DNA from: Anaeramoeba ignava BMAN
Lineage: Eukaryota > Protista > Anaeramoebae
Length of the DNA: 64,000 nt
Assembly: GCA_028826165.1 (NCBI GenBank)
Contig: JAPDFW010000003.1
Span: 1-64,000, forward strand
Direction: 5' to 3'
Shown here: one piece after another, positions 10,807 to 21,965 of the stretch
Layout: each line of letters begins with the position of its first letter
Position numbering within the stretch: the first letter of the stretch is position 1
Program-made: the position numbers and the translations under genes
The notes under the pieces: generated by a model
Database searches by the model: none
What the model was told of the DNA's origin: nothing
The model's input: only the letters and a program-made list of their open reading frames with translations

Positions 10807-12582
10807 ATGGATGAAGTTTTTTTTTCTGGTTTGAATTTATTTCCTTCTTTATCTGGATTCAAAGGATCAAAAACAAACACAAAATTTATTCCAATTCAAT
10901 TTAAATTTGAAAATGAAAGTGAAAATGAAAATGAAAAACAAATTAAACAAATTCACAGAATCTTTTCAACAAACAAAATTACTTTCCTTTTTAAAAATGG
11001 AGAAATTTCTATTCATCAAATGAAAGAGAAAAAACCTGAAAAAATCCAAATTGAAGAAAATATTCAAAAAGTAACTGTTGGTTCTCATAATGAAGCTATT
11101 TTAACAAAAGAAGGAAATGTATTTGCAAAAGGAGAAGATATTAATCCGAAAAATCCAAAAAATTTATCAATATTTCATCATTAATTGAAGATACAAATGA
11201 TAGAATAATTAAAGATATTGTTTCGAGTTTGAGTTCAATTTACTTATTAACTTCAAATCAAAATGCTTATGGAATTGGTTCAAATAACCTTGGTCAACTT
11301 GGTTTTGATTCTAAAACACTTCCAAAAACAGAAAAACCAATTTTAATGATGAAAAATGTTTCTAAAATATTTTCAGGAAATGATTCTCTTTTTGTTTTTC
11401 TTTTAAATTCAAATCAAGAATTATTTGGATGCGGATACAATTTAGATGATCAACTTGGATTAGGAGAAATAAAATACAATCGAAAAACACCCATCAAAAT
11501 CCAAAATATTCCAAAAGGCAAAATAATTGATATTCAATGTGGATATTCTCATTCAATAATGTTGATTGAAAATCAAAATCAAAATCCAAAAAGAAAACTT
11601 TATTCATGTGGATATTATCAATTTAATGGACTTTGGCAAAAATAAAAATATAAAAGAATTTACTGAAATCAAATCATCTTTATTTGAAAATGATGATAAT
11701 ATTATTGATTTTTCTGTTGGATCTACAGATACTTTGATTTTAACTTCCAATTCAAAATTAATAGTATTTGGAAGTAATGAATATGGTCAATTAGGAACAG
11801 GAGATACAAATAATCAATTAATTCCTATTCAAATTGAAATTCCTAAATTAAGATTTAATGAAGATATTTCCAATTATCATATTTCTTGTGGTATTTTCAA
11901 TTCATTTATTTATTATTCTCCTCCTTCTTTTTCCAATCTTGAAGAAGATTTGATAAAATTATTTGAAAGAAAAGAATTTTGTAATATTTCATTTAAAACA
12001 GAAAATGGAGAAATAATCAAAGCTCATAAATTAATATTGAAATATAGATTAAATCAAAATCAAAATCAAATTGAAAAACTTCAAGAAATTATTTCAAAAA
12101 AATCAATTAAAGAATCTAATCAAATATTTGAAATGATTTATTCAAACAGAATAATAAATCCAAAATTATATTCTGAAATTAAAGAAATTATAAATTCAAA
12201 TGAAAAAATTGAAGAAACAATGAAAAGAATTTATTTAAATGAAAATGAAAATGAAAAATATTTTATTATTGAAAGAAAAGAAAAACAATATAAATTTCCT
12301 AAATTAATATTAATAATGAGAAGTGAATTATATCGAGGAATGTTTTTATCTGTAACAGAAGATAAATCTAATAAAGTTACAGATTATAGTGAATTAAGTA
12401 ATAAATCATTTCAAATATTAGAATATTGGATTTATTCAAATCAAATTAAAGATGAAATTAAAATTACACAAGAAATAATTAATGAAATAGAAAGAGGAAT
12501 TGATTATTTTCAATTAAATCAAACAAATCCAAATTTATTTGATTTATTAATTAATAAATTTAATAATCAAAATAAAAATTAA
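10807..12582 (+). CDS. RCC1-repeat plus BTB protein, copy 3 (two apparent frameshifts at ~11160 and ~11633)
   Basis: Three ORF fragments align end to end with copies 1 and 2. Confidence 0.8.
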
Positions 12583-12633
12583 AATCAAAAATTAAAAATT
12601 AAAATTTATAAAATCATTTTTTTCATTTTAAAA

Positions 12634-14404
12634 ATGAATGAAATTTTATTTTTTGGTATAAGCCACTCACCAACTCTTTTGAAAAATAAACCAAAACAAA
12701 TCAAAAGAACAATTCAATTTAAATTTGAAAATGAAAATGAAAATGAAAATGAAAATGAAAAACAATTTAAACAAATTTCATCAAGTTGGATTTCAACAAT
12801 TTTCCTTTTTAAAAATGGAAAAGCAATAGAATATTTATATGAAAATGATTCAAATCAAAATCCTTCAAAAATCCAAATTGAAGAGAATATTCAAAAAGTA
12901 ACTGTTGGTTATCGAAATGAAGCTATTTTAACAATAGAAGGAAATGTATTTGCCAAAGGAGAAGATATTAATCCAGAAAATCCAAATGAATTTATCAATA
13001 TTTCATCATTAATTGAAGATAAAAATGATAGAATAATTCAAGATATTATTTGCTCAAGATTTTCAATTTACTTATTAACTTCAAATCAAAATGCTTATGG
13101 AATTGGTTCAAATATTTATGGTCAACTCGGTTTTGATTCTGGAACAATTGAAAAAACAGAAAAACCAATTTTAATGATGAAAAATGTTTCTAAAATATTT
13201 TCAGGAAATTGTTCAAATCATATTTTTACTTTTAAATTCAAATCAAAAATTATTTGGATGCGGTCATAATTATTATAGTCAACTTGGATTAGGAGAATCA
13301 ATAGAAGAAGAAAGAATCCAAAAATTAACCAAAATCCAAAATATTCCAAAAGGCAAAATAATTGATATTAAATGTGGATATGTCCATTCAATAATGTTGA
13401 TTGAAAATGAAAATCAAAATCCAAAAAGAAAACTTTATTCATGTGGAAATTATCAATTTAATGGACTTGGTAAATATAAAAATACTTATGAATTTACTGA
13501 AATCAAATCATCTTTATTTGAAAATGATGATATTCGTGATTTTTCTGTTGGATTTAATCATACTTTGATTTTAACTTTAAAAGGGAAATTAATTGGTTTT
13601 GGAAGTAATTCTTATGGTCAATTAGGAATCGGAAGTAAAATGAATATATTAAATCCAATTAAAATTGAACTTCCTAAATTAAGATTTAATGAAGATATTT
13701 CCAATTATCATATTTCTTGTGGAGAATTCAATTCATTTCTTTATTATTCTCCTTCTTTTTCCAATCTTGAAGAAGATTTGATAAAATTATTTAGAAGAAA
13801 AGAATTTTGTGATATTTCATTTAAAACAGAAAATGGAGAAATAATTGAATCTCATAAATTAATATTGAAATATAGATTAAATCAAAATCAAATTGAAATT
13901 GAAAAACTTCAAGAAATTATTTCAAAAAAATCAATTAAAGAATCAAATCAAATATTTGAAATGATTTATTCAAACAGAATTATAAATCCAAAATTATATT
14001 CTGAAATTAAAGAAATTATAAATTCAAATGAAAAAATTGAAGAAACAATGAAAAGAATTTATTTAAATGAAAATGAAAATGAAAAAGATTTTATAATTGA
14101 AAGAAAAGAAAAACAATATAAATTTCCTAAATTAATATTAATAATGAGAAGTGAATTATATAGAGGAATGTTTTTATCTGTAACAGAAGATAAATCTAAT
14201 AAAGTTACAGATTATAGTGAATTGAGTAATAAATCATTTCAAATATTAGAATATTGGATTTATTCAAATCAAATTAAAGATGAAATTGAAATTACACAAG
14301 AAATGATTGACGAAATAGAAAGAGGAATTGATTATTTTCAATTAAATCAAACAAATCCAAATTTATTTGATTTATTAATTCAAAAATTTAATAATTATAA
14401 TTAA
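12634..14404 (+). CDS. RCC1-repeat plus BTB protein, copy 4 (apparent frameshift at ~13228)
   Basis: Two ORF fragments align with copies 1 and 2. Confidence 0.8.
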
Positions 14405-14522
14405 AATTAAAATTAAAAAAGAAAAAAAATAAATGAAAGAAATTGGACTTTATTTTGTATTTTTTTTAAAAAAAAAAAAGAGAACATTTTGAATTTGAAA
14501 ATTTTTTAAGAGAACTCAGAAA

Positions 14523-17500
14523 TTAAACATCATCCGAAAGTTCCATTTCTTTGGTTGTTGAATTATCTTCTTTTTTTGGTTTTTTAGATCGATGACGAAT
14601 CCACATAATAACGATAATAATAATTGCAATTACCACAATTGGTACAATTACTGCGGGAACAATTACTTTGATATCTGATGAACTTTCACTTGTTTCTTGT
14701 GTTGTTGGAGCTAATGTTGTAATTGAAACTGTTGAGGGCAACCCTGAATATTCATTTGTTTCACATCTCCAATCACTTGAAGCAAATATTGAGATCTCAT
14801 AATTTTCTCCTCCAATTAAATTGAAAATTGAAATCTGGTTCATTGACTTTGCAAAGCAAATTGTTTTTGAATTGTAAGTTATTCCATATCCTCTTAATCC
14901 TGATGATAATTCCATTAAATCCCAATTGCATTCAAACCCACAAATTATTGGATTACAATTAAATGAGGTGATGTTTCCTAATTTTGGTTTGATTAGAATA
15001 GGAGAATTTGGTATTCCTGCAAATTCTAATGTACAATTTAGATCAGAGCATCCTCTAATTGCAATATAATATTCTACATTTCCGGCTAATTCATTAATTG
15101 TTCCGATCATTTCATTTCCATTTGGATTTAATGTAGTGAAATTTCTCCAACTTATTTTTCCGTCAATTGAAACCAAATAAGATTTAGCTTGAGCTAAGCT
15201 TGTGAAAATGATCTCAACTTCTTCAATTTTGGAATTGGATTGGATAATTGAAGGAGCAGGGATGTAATCTGTTTTGATCCATGTTGATGCAGATATCCCT
15301 GAATATCCATTTGATTCACAATTTGGACTATCACAAGCAAATATCGAAATTTGATAATCTTCTCCTCCAAGTAATTCTGAAACTGAACGACTTGTTGCTG
15401 ATTTATCTAAGCAAAGAGATTCTGTATTGTATGTGAACGAATATGATTGTAATCCATCTGCAAGTGTTAACGGATCCCAATTGCATTCAAACCCACAAAT
15501 TATTGGATTGCAATTAAATGAAGTAATGTTTCCTAATTTTGTTCTAATTTGAACTACTTCACTTATCAAGCCCAGATATTCAGGTGCACAACTGATTTCA
15601 GAGCATCCTCGGACTGAAACATTATAAACAACATTTCCCTGTAATCCAGTAATTGTTCCGGTAATTTCACTTCCGTTTGACTTCATTGATGTGAAGTTTG
15701 CCCAAGTATTTCCTTTATTTATTGAAACTAAATAGGATTTTGCTTGAGTTACTTTTGTGAAGATGATTTCCAGTTGTTCAATTCCAGAGACAGAATCGGT
15801 GATATTTGGGCTTGAAATATTTGTGGTATTAATTTCTACTGTTGAAATTGCTCCGCATTGATAATTTGAATCGCAAGCAGAAACATTAATCTGATAGGTT
15901 TGATTTGGAAGATGAACCGAGAAGTCAATTTCTGTTGAAGTTGTTTGCAATACTTTTTCATCTCCAAATGACTGGGATTGATATGTCACATTATAATACG
16001 TAGGATCTCGAAAGCCTGTGCATTGGAACCAAACACACGAGATATCTAAAACATTTGAAACTGAACAACGAAGAATTCCAACCTGTCCAAATCCAGTTGT
16101 TACATTATATCCAACAACCTCTCCTTGATCATATCCTTCGCATTCATAAGTTTTGCAAGCATAGACATTACCCCAATATCCAGTGTTTGGATCAAGAGAT
16201 GAATATTCACTAGAAGTTGCAGTATTTTCTAAGTAATCGTAGCTACCCCATCCTGGAGCTTCGAACATAACAATGTATTTATAAATATTCGGAATTCCAT
16301 TATATATCGCGACATTGGGAGGCTGCCAATTAAGTTCAATAGAATATGGAGTTGTGATAACCGAGAAATTTGTTACCGCTCCAATTCCTGTTGTTATGCG
16401 GGTTGTTGGGGTTAAACTGCCACATAATCCTGTTGAATCACAAGCTCTCAAGTTGAATGAATATTCTTGATTCCCAATCATGAAAGGAAAATTTGAAGAA
16501 TTGAAAACATAATAAAACAAATCCGTTTCAACATCAAAAAAAGGGTCTGTAATATTAATCCATTCAGCTCCAAAGTCAATTTGATAATGAAGGGAAAAAT
16601 TGTTTTCAGGTTGTTGCCAATAGCATGCAAACCCAGAAAATGAGGGCGTGCAATTGACTAAAACGATTTCAGAACCAGGAATTCCAAGATGATAAAACTG
16701 AACTTCGTTGGAATAAGGAGCGGAAACAAGCAAATAATCTCCAGAAATTGCAACAGAAGTGCCAAAACCATCAGGACCCGATATCGATTGAACTTGATAC
16801 CAATATTGGCTATCAGAAGAATAATTATAAACATAAACACTATTTGTCAAGTTAGCTCCAACAACAAGTATAGTTCCATCTTGTGAAACCGCAACACTTG
16901 ATCCGAAATTGCAATCACCAACATAAAGATTCTGCTCTATATTCCAAGTCTCTCCCAAAATTCTCCACACAGAAACAACATTTGCAAGCATAGCAGCAAC
17001 AATAATCACATCTCCATTACTCGACATAGTAATATCATTCCCATAGCCATTGAAGTATGAACCAAGATTCGCAACCCTTGTCCATAATCCTTGTTGTAAT
17101 TGATACAAATACAGATTGTTTGTATCATCAGTTGAACCCGCAATAGTGCTTCCATCACTTGAGATCGCTACACTAAATCCCAGATTTTCTCCTGGTTCTC
17201 CATCTAGCACAGTTTCATTTTCCCAAGAAACCAAAAGTTGATTATCTAAAGTATCTCCAATCACATAAATATCTCCCTCAGGTTCAATATCATCCGCAAT
17301 TGCAACCCATCCTCCAAAACTGGAAGGATTTTCAGAACTTGAATAATTACTATCATATGCAAATAAGTCATTTTCAAATTTATAAGTAAATGCTGTTTTT
17401 CCATCAGGAGCTCCTACAATAATTGCAGATGAATTATTTCCTATCCCAACACTCCATCCAAAACTGGAATAAGATTCTGTCATTGTTTGCAGGTAATCCC

Positions 17501-17744
17501 AATAATTTTGTTCAAGTTTATGAACAATAATTTTTTGTTGACTAGGATCCCCAATCACACAATAATCATCAGAAAGATCAACACTGTACCCAAAAGTTTC
17601 AGAAGAATCATTTGAAGAAATTTTTTGACAGAAAGTCCACACATAATCTCCATCTATTAATTTGGGTTTTGGGATTTCTTCATTTTGAGCGAATGAAACT
17701 AAAAAAAGCAGAGTAATAAAAAGAATTGTTGTTGATGTTTTCAT
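14523..17744 (-). CDS. Type I surface protein: signal peptide, FG-GAP-like propeller, fibronectin-III repeats, TM, short tail
   Basis: Repeated FGxSVAIS..(L/I)VVGAP motifs; FN3-like W..P / Y.V.V.AC patterns; internally duplicated two-domain block (KLGNITSFNCNPIICGFECNWD twice); TM VIVPAVIVPIVVIAIIIIVIMW. Confidence 0.85.
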   Translation of the reverse strand: MKTSTTILFITLLFLVSFAQNEEIPKPKLIDGDYVWTFCQKISSNDSSETFGYSVDLSDDYCVIGDPSQQKIIVHKLEQNYWDYLQTMTESYSSFGWSVGIGNNSSAIIVGAPDGKTAFTYKFENDLFAYDSNYSSSENPSSFGGWVAIADDIEPEGDIYVIGDTLDNQLLVSWENETVLDGEPGENLGFSVAISSDGSTIAGSTDDTNNLYLYQLQQGLWTRVANLGSYFNGYGNDITMSSNGDVIIVAAMLANVVSVWRILGETWNIEQNLYVGDCNFGSSVAVSQDGTILVVGANLTNSVYVYNYSSDSQYWYQVQSISGPDGFGTSVAISGDYLLVSAPYSNEVQFYHLGIPGSEIVLVNCTPSFSGFACYWQQPENNFSLHYQIDFGAEWINITDPFFDVETDLFYYVFNSSNFPFMIGNQEYSFNLRACDSTGLCGSLTPTTRITTGIGAVTNFSVITTPYSIELNWQPPNVAIYNGIPNIYKYIVMFEAPGWGSYDYLENTATSSEYSSLDPNTGYWGNVYACKTYECEGYDQGEVVGYNVTTGFGQVGILRCSVSNVLDISCVWFQCTGFRDPTYYNVTYQSQSFGDEKVLQTTSTEIDFSVHLPNQTYQINVSACDSNYQCGAISTVEINTTNISSPNITDSVSGIEQLEIIFTKVTQAKSYLVSINKGNTWANFTSMKSNGSEITGTITGLQGNVVYNVSVRGCSEISCAPEYLGLISEVVQIRTKLGNITSFNCNPIICGFECNWDPLTLADGLQSYSFTYNTESLCLDKSATSRSVSELLGGEDYQISIFACDSPNCESNGYSGISASTWIKTDYIPAPSIIQSNSKIEEVEIIFTSLAQAKSYLVSIDGKISWRNFTTLNPNGNEMIGTINELAGNVEYYIAIRGCSDLNCTLEFAGIPNSPILIKPKLGNITSFNCNPIICGFECNWDLMELSSGLRGYGITYNSKTICFAKSMNQISIFNLIGGENYEISIFASSDWRCETNEYSGLPSTVSITTLAPTTQETSESSSDIKVIVPAVIVPIVVIAIIIIVIMWIRHRSKKPKKEDNSTTKEMELSDDV

Positions 17745-18049
17745 TTTGCTTTCTTTTTATGTGATTTATGAAATAAAAAATAAATTAAATTAGTAAATAA
17801 TTTATTTAGATTTAAATTTGTTTTGTTTGAATTAGCAAAAAAGAGTGCTTACTTGGAATTAAAAAAAAAGCCAATTAAAAACAAAAAAGGAAAAAAAATG
17901 AAAAGAAAAAAATAAAATGAAACTAAAAATTTAATTTGTTTTTGTTTTAAATTCTAAAATAAGAATAAAATAAGAATAAAATAAGAATAAAATAAGAATA
18001 AAATCAATCAAAAAAGTGATCAACAAAAAAAAAAGGGGAAAAACAATTT

Positions 18050-19395
18050 AATTTTATTAATTTAAAATAAATTTATTTCTAAATTAAATTATTATTAAAT
18101 ATTATTAAAATTATTTAAATATTTTTATTAAAATATTTTTAATTTTTTAAATTTATTTTTAATATATTTTATTATAATTAAAATTGGAATAATAAATAAT
18201 TAAAAATATTAATTTAATAAATAAAAATATTATTTCAATTTAAAATAAATTTCCAAATTTATTAAATTAAAAATTATTAGAATATTTTATTAAAATTATT
18301 TAAATATTTTTATTAATTAAAAATATTTTTAATTTTTAAATTTATTTTTAATATATTTTATTATAATTAAAATTGGATTAATAAATAATCAAAAATATTA
18401 ATTTAATAAATAAAAATATTATTATTTTTAATTAAAAATAAATTTATTTCCAAATTAAATTATTATTCAAAATTATTAAAATTATTTAAATATTTTTATT
18501 AAAATATTTTTAAAAATTTTTAAAATTAATTTTTAATATATTTTATTATAATTAAAATTGGAATAATAAATAATTAAAAATAATTATTAATTTAATAATA
18601 AAAGTAAAAATATTATTTCAATTTAAAATAAATTCATTTCCTTAAATTAAATTATTATTAAAATATTATTAAAATTATTTAAATATTTTTATTAAAATAT
18701 TTTTTTAATTTTTAAATTTATTTTTAATATATTTTATTATAATTAAAATTGGGATAATAAATAATCAAAAATATTAATTTAATAAATAAAATTATTATTT
18801 CAATTTAAAATAAATTCATTTCTAAATTAAATTATTATTCAATATTATTAAAATTATTTAAATATTTTTATTAAAATATTTTTAATTTTTAAATTTATTT
18901 TTTAATATATTTTATTATAATTAAAATTGGAATAATAAATAATTAAAAATATTAATTTAATAAATAAAATTATTATTTCAATTTAAAATAAATTCATTTC
19001 CAAATTAAATATTTATTCAATATTATTAAAATTAATTTATATATCTTTATTAAAATATTTTTAAATTTTTAAATTAATTTTTAATTATATTTTATTATAA
19101 TTTAAATTTTGTAATTAAAATTGGGATAATAAATAATCAAAAATATTAATTTAATAAAGTAAAAATATTATTTCAAATTAAAATAAAATAAATTTAAATT
19201 AAATTATTATTCAATATTATTAAAATTATTTAAATATTTTTATTAAAATATTTTTAATTTTTTAAATTAATTTTTAATATATTTTATTATAATTAAAATT
19301 GGAATAATAAATAATTAAAAATATTAATTTAATAAGTAAAAATATTATTTCAATTTAAAATAAATTCATTTCTAAATTAAATTATTATTCAAAAT
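18050..19395. repeat. ~185-bp AT-rich tandem satellite, about 7 units, with alternating A/B variants
   Basis: Marker AAAATTGG recurs with GG at ~18186, 18375, 18560, 18751, 18929, 19123 and 19301 (spacing 178-194). Confidence 0.9.
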
Positions 19396-19400
19396 TAGTT

Positions 19401-19449
19401 TTTTTCATTTTTCATTTTTTCATTTTTTTCATTTCTTTTTCATTTTAAA
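19401..19449 (+). promoter_or_regulatory. Reiterated TTTTCATTTT initiator-like elements directly before AAAATG
   Basis: Five TCATTT copies here; the same motif precedes the ATGs at 4652, 10807, 12634, 20723, 24312 and 47981. Confidence 0.55.
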
Positions 19450-20517
19450 ATGAAACTTCATTTCATTTTCTTTTTAATTTTCTTTTTAAAATTAACATTT
19501 GAGTGTGGATTTGTGACACATTTTTACATTTCACAAAATGCAATTGGAGAATCAGAAAATCAAGTTGATCCAACACTTTACAATTTACTTTCAAGTCACC
19601 TCGACACTGTTCAATTAGGGTCATGCACACCTGATTGGGGATACAGTTTATTAATCAACAAATATCACGAACTATCAGATATCATACACGAAGAAGGATT
19701 TCTATATGCATCATTTGATTATTTAAAAGAAAAATATTCTGACTTTAGTGATTCAGAAGCACAAAAATATTTAGCGTACTTTATTGGGATTGGTGGACAT
19801 CAAACAGCAGACATTTATTGGCATGGATACAATGGTGATCCACTTGCTTTTATGTTCCAAGTTGCCAAAAATGATTTTGGTTCTGATAGTATTGATGGCA
19901 TCATTCATCAAGTCATGGAAGCTACTGCTGATGTTTTTCTTTTTCATGAACATGATCCTCATGTTGAGTTCAAATGGTGGATTCCTGCACAAGCTGTTTG
20001 CGACGTTTATATGCGCTACAAAGAAGTGGAAGTCTCCACAACTGAATTTATTATTGGAATGGATGTTTTGAAAGTTGCAATGATTCTTTTAAAAACTTTG
20101 AATTGGGTTGGAAGTGAATTAGGAATGCTAATTGAGCCATGGAGTCATGCTAATTACATCACTTGGGGACATGGTGGAATTGATAATTGTATTGATATGT
20201 CTGTTCCTTATTATACTGATGCTTGGCTTTATTTGAATGATAAACAATCTGTTGTTTTACCTCATTTCAATTATGTTAGTTATCCTTATTCTAATACTGG
20301 TGATACTAGTTTCTTTGAGAATATCCTTCCTGCTGCTAGAGAACTTATTGATTCTGGTATTATTTCTATTGATCATACTCAAAATGATGATGGTTCTGTT
20401 ACTTCAGAAATTCCTCATATTGCTGATTTCTCAAAATTCCTTGGTTTGATTCAACGTTATTTTGGAATTAATACTTTGGAACATCTTGCTTATCAATTCC
20501 TTAATGAATTTCTTTAA
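19450..20517 (+). CDS. Secreted Zn-dependent phospholipase, GPI-PLD (GPLD1) catalytic-domain-like, copy 1
   Basis: Signal peptide then CG.VTH, G...PDWGY, H.LSD..H and G..GHQ.AD..WH, matching the GPLD1/Zn_dep_PLPC motif order. Confidence 0.8.
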   Translation: MKLHFIFFLIFFLKLTFECGFVTHFYISQNAIGESENQVDPTLYNLLSSHLDTVQLGSCTPDWGYSLLINKYHELSDIIHEEGFLYASFDYLKEKYSDFSDSEAQKYLAYFIGIGGHQTADIYWHGYNGDPLAFMFQVAKNDFGSDSIDGIIHQVMEATADVFLFHEHDPHVEFKWWIPAQAVCDVYMRYKEVEVSTTEFIIGMDVLKVAMILLKTLNWVGSELGMLIEPWSHANYITWGHGGIDNCIDMSVPYYTDAWLYLNDKQSVVLPHFNYVSYPYSNTGDTSFFENILPAARELIDSGIISIDHTQNDDGSVTSEIPHIADFSKFLGLIQRYFGINTLEHLAYQFLNEFL

Positions 20518-20722
20518 TTTCAAATTCAAATTCAAATTCTTTTTCGATTTCTTTTTCAAATTCAATTTTGATTTAGCAAAAAATCTTTTAATTAATTTCT
20601 TTTTCAAATTAAGAAAAAAATTAAGAAAAAATTAAGAAAAAATTCCCCTTTTTCTATTTTATTTTTTTCTTATTTTTTTCATTTTTCATTTTTCATTTTT
20701 CATTTTTCTTTTTCATTTTAAA

Positions 20723-21790
20723 ATGAAACTTCATTTCATTTTCTTTTTAATTTTCTTTTTAAAAGCAACACTCCAATGCGGTTACATCACACATTTTTAC
20801 ATTTCACAAAATGCAATTGGAGAATCAGAAAATCAAGTTGATCCAACACTTTACAATTTACTTTCAAGTCACCTCGACACTGTTCAATTAGGGTCATGCA
20901 CACCTGATTGGGGATATAACTTATTAATCAACAAATATCACGATTTGTCAGATATCATACACGAAGAAGGATTTTTATATGCATCATTTGATTATTTAAA
21001 AGAAAAATATCCTGACTTTAGTGATTCAGAAGCACAAAAATATTTAGCATACTTTATTGGGATTGGCGGACATCAAACTGCAGACATTTATTGGCATGGA
21101 TACAATGGTGATCCACTTGCTTTTATGTTCCAAGTTGCCAAAAATGATTTTGATTCTGATAGTATTGATGGCATCATTCATCAAGTCATGGAAGCTACTG
21201 CTGATATGTTCATTGCTAATGAGCATGATCCTCATGTTGGACTCAAATGGTGGATTCCTGCACAAGCTGTTTGCGATGTTTATATGCGCTACAAAGAAGT
21301 GGAAGTCTCCACAACTGAATTTATTATTGGAATGGATGTTTTGAAAGTTTTAATGGTTCTTTTAAAAACTTTGAATTGGGCTGGAACTGAATTAGGAAAG
21401 ATTATTGAGCCATGGAGTCATGCTAATTACATGACTTGGGGACATGGTGGAATTGATAATTGTGTTGATATGTCTGTTCCTTATTATACTGATGCTTGGC
21501 TTTATTTGAATGATAAACAATCTGTTGTTTTACCTCATTTCAATTATGTTAGTTATCCTTATTCTAATACTGGTGATACTAGTTTCTTTGAAAATCTCGT
21601 TCCTGCTGCTAGAGAACTTATTGATTCTGGTATTATTTCTATTGATCATACTCAAAATGATGATGGTTCTGTTACTTCTGAAATTCCTCATATTGCTGAT
21701 TTCTCAAAATTCCTTGGTTTGATTCAACGTTATTTCGGAATTAGTGCTTTGGAACATCTTTCTTATCAATTCCTTAATGAATTGATTTAA
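20723..21790 (+). CDS. GPI-PLD catalytic-domain-like protein, copy 2
   Basis: Near-identical to copy 1, also 355 aa. Confidence 0.8.
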   Translation: MKLHFIFFLIFFLKATLQCGYITHFYISQNAIGESENQVDPTLYNLLSSHLDTVQLGSCTPDWGYNLLINKYHDLSDIIHEEGFLYASFDYLKEKYPDFSDSEAQKYLAYFIGIGGHQTADIYWHGYNGDPLAFMFQVAKNDFDSDSIDGIIHQVMEATADMFIANEHDPHVGLKWWIPAQAVCDVYMRYKEVEVSTTEFIIGMDVLKVLMVLLKTLNWAGTELGKIIEPWSHANYMTWGHGGIDNCVDMSVPYYTDAWLYLNDKQSVVLPHFNYVSYPYSNTGDTSFFENLVPAARELIDSGIISIDHTQNDDGSVTSEIPHIADFSKFLGLIQRYFGISALEHLSYQFLNELI

Positions 21791-21965
21791 TTCCAAATTC
21801 AAATTCGATTTCTTTTTCAATTTCTTTTTCAATTTCAATTTCTTTTCAATTTCAAATTCAAATTCAAACAATGAAAAATCCAAAAAACAAAAAAAAGCAA
21901 TTTTCATTAATTTTCATTAATTTTAAATTTTAAATTTTCATTTTTATTTTCTAATTTTTTTTAAA

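Noticed and set aside
10807-14404. Pseudogene or programmed-frameshift interpretation of broken RCC1-BTB copies (also the first gene, RhoGAP and VIT paralog 3)
   Set aside because: Breaks are single-base indels, mostly in or next to homopolymers, with no other decay. Long-read error is more likely; short-read polishing would decide.
18050-19395. CRISPR-like array
   Set aside because: Whole units repeat with no unique spacers, the context is eukaryotic and there are no cas genes.
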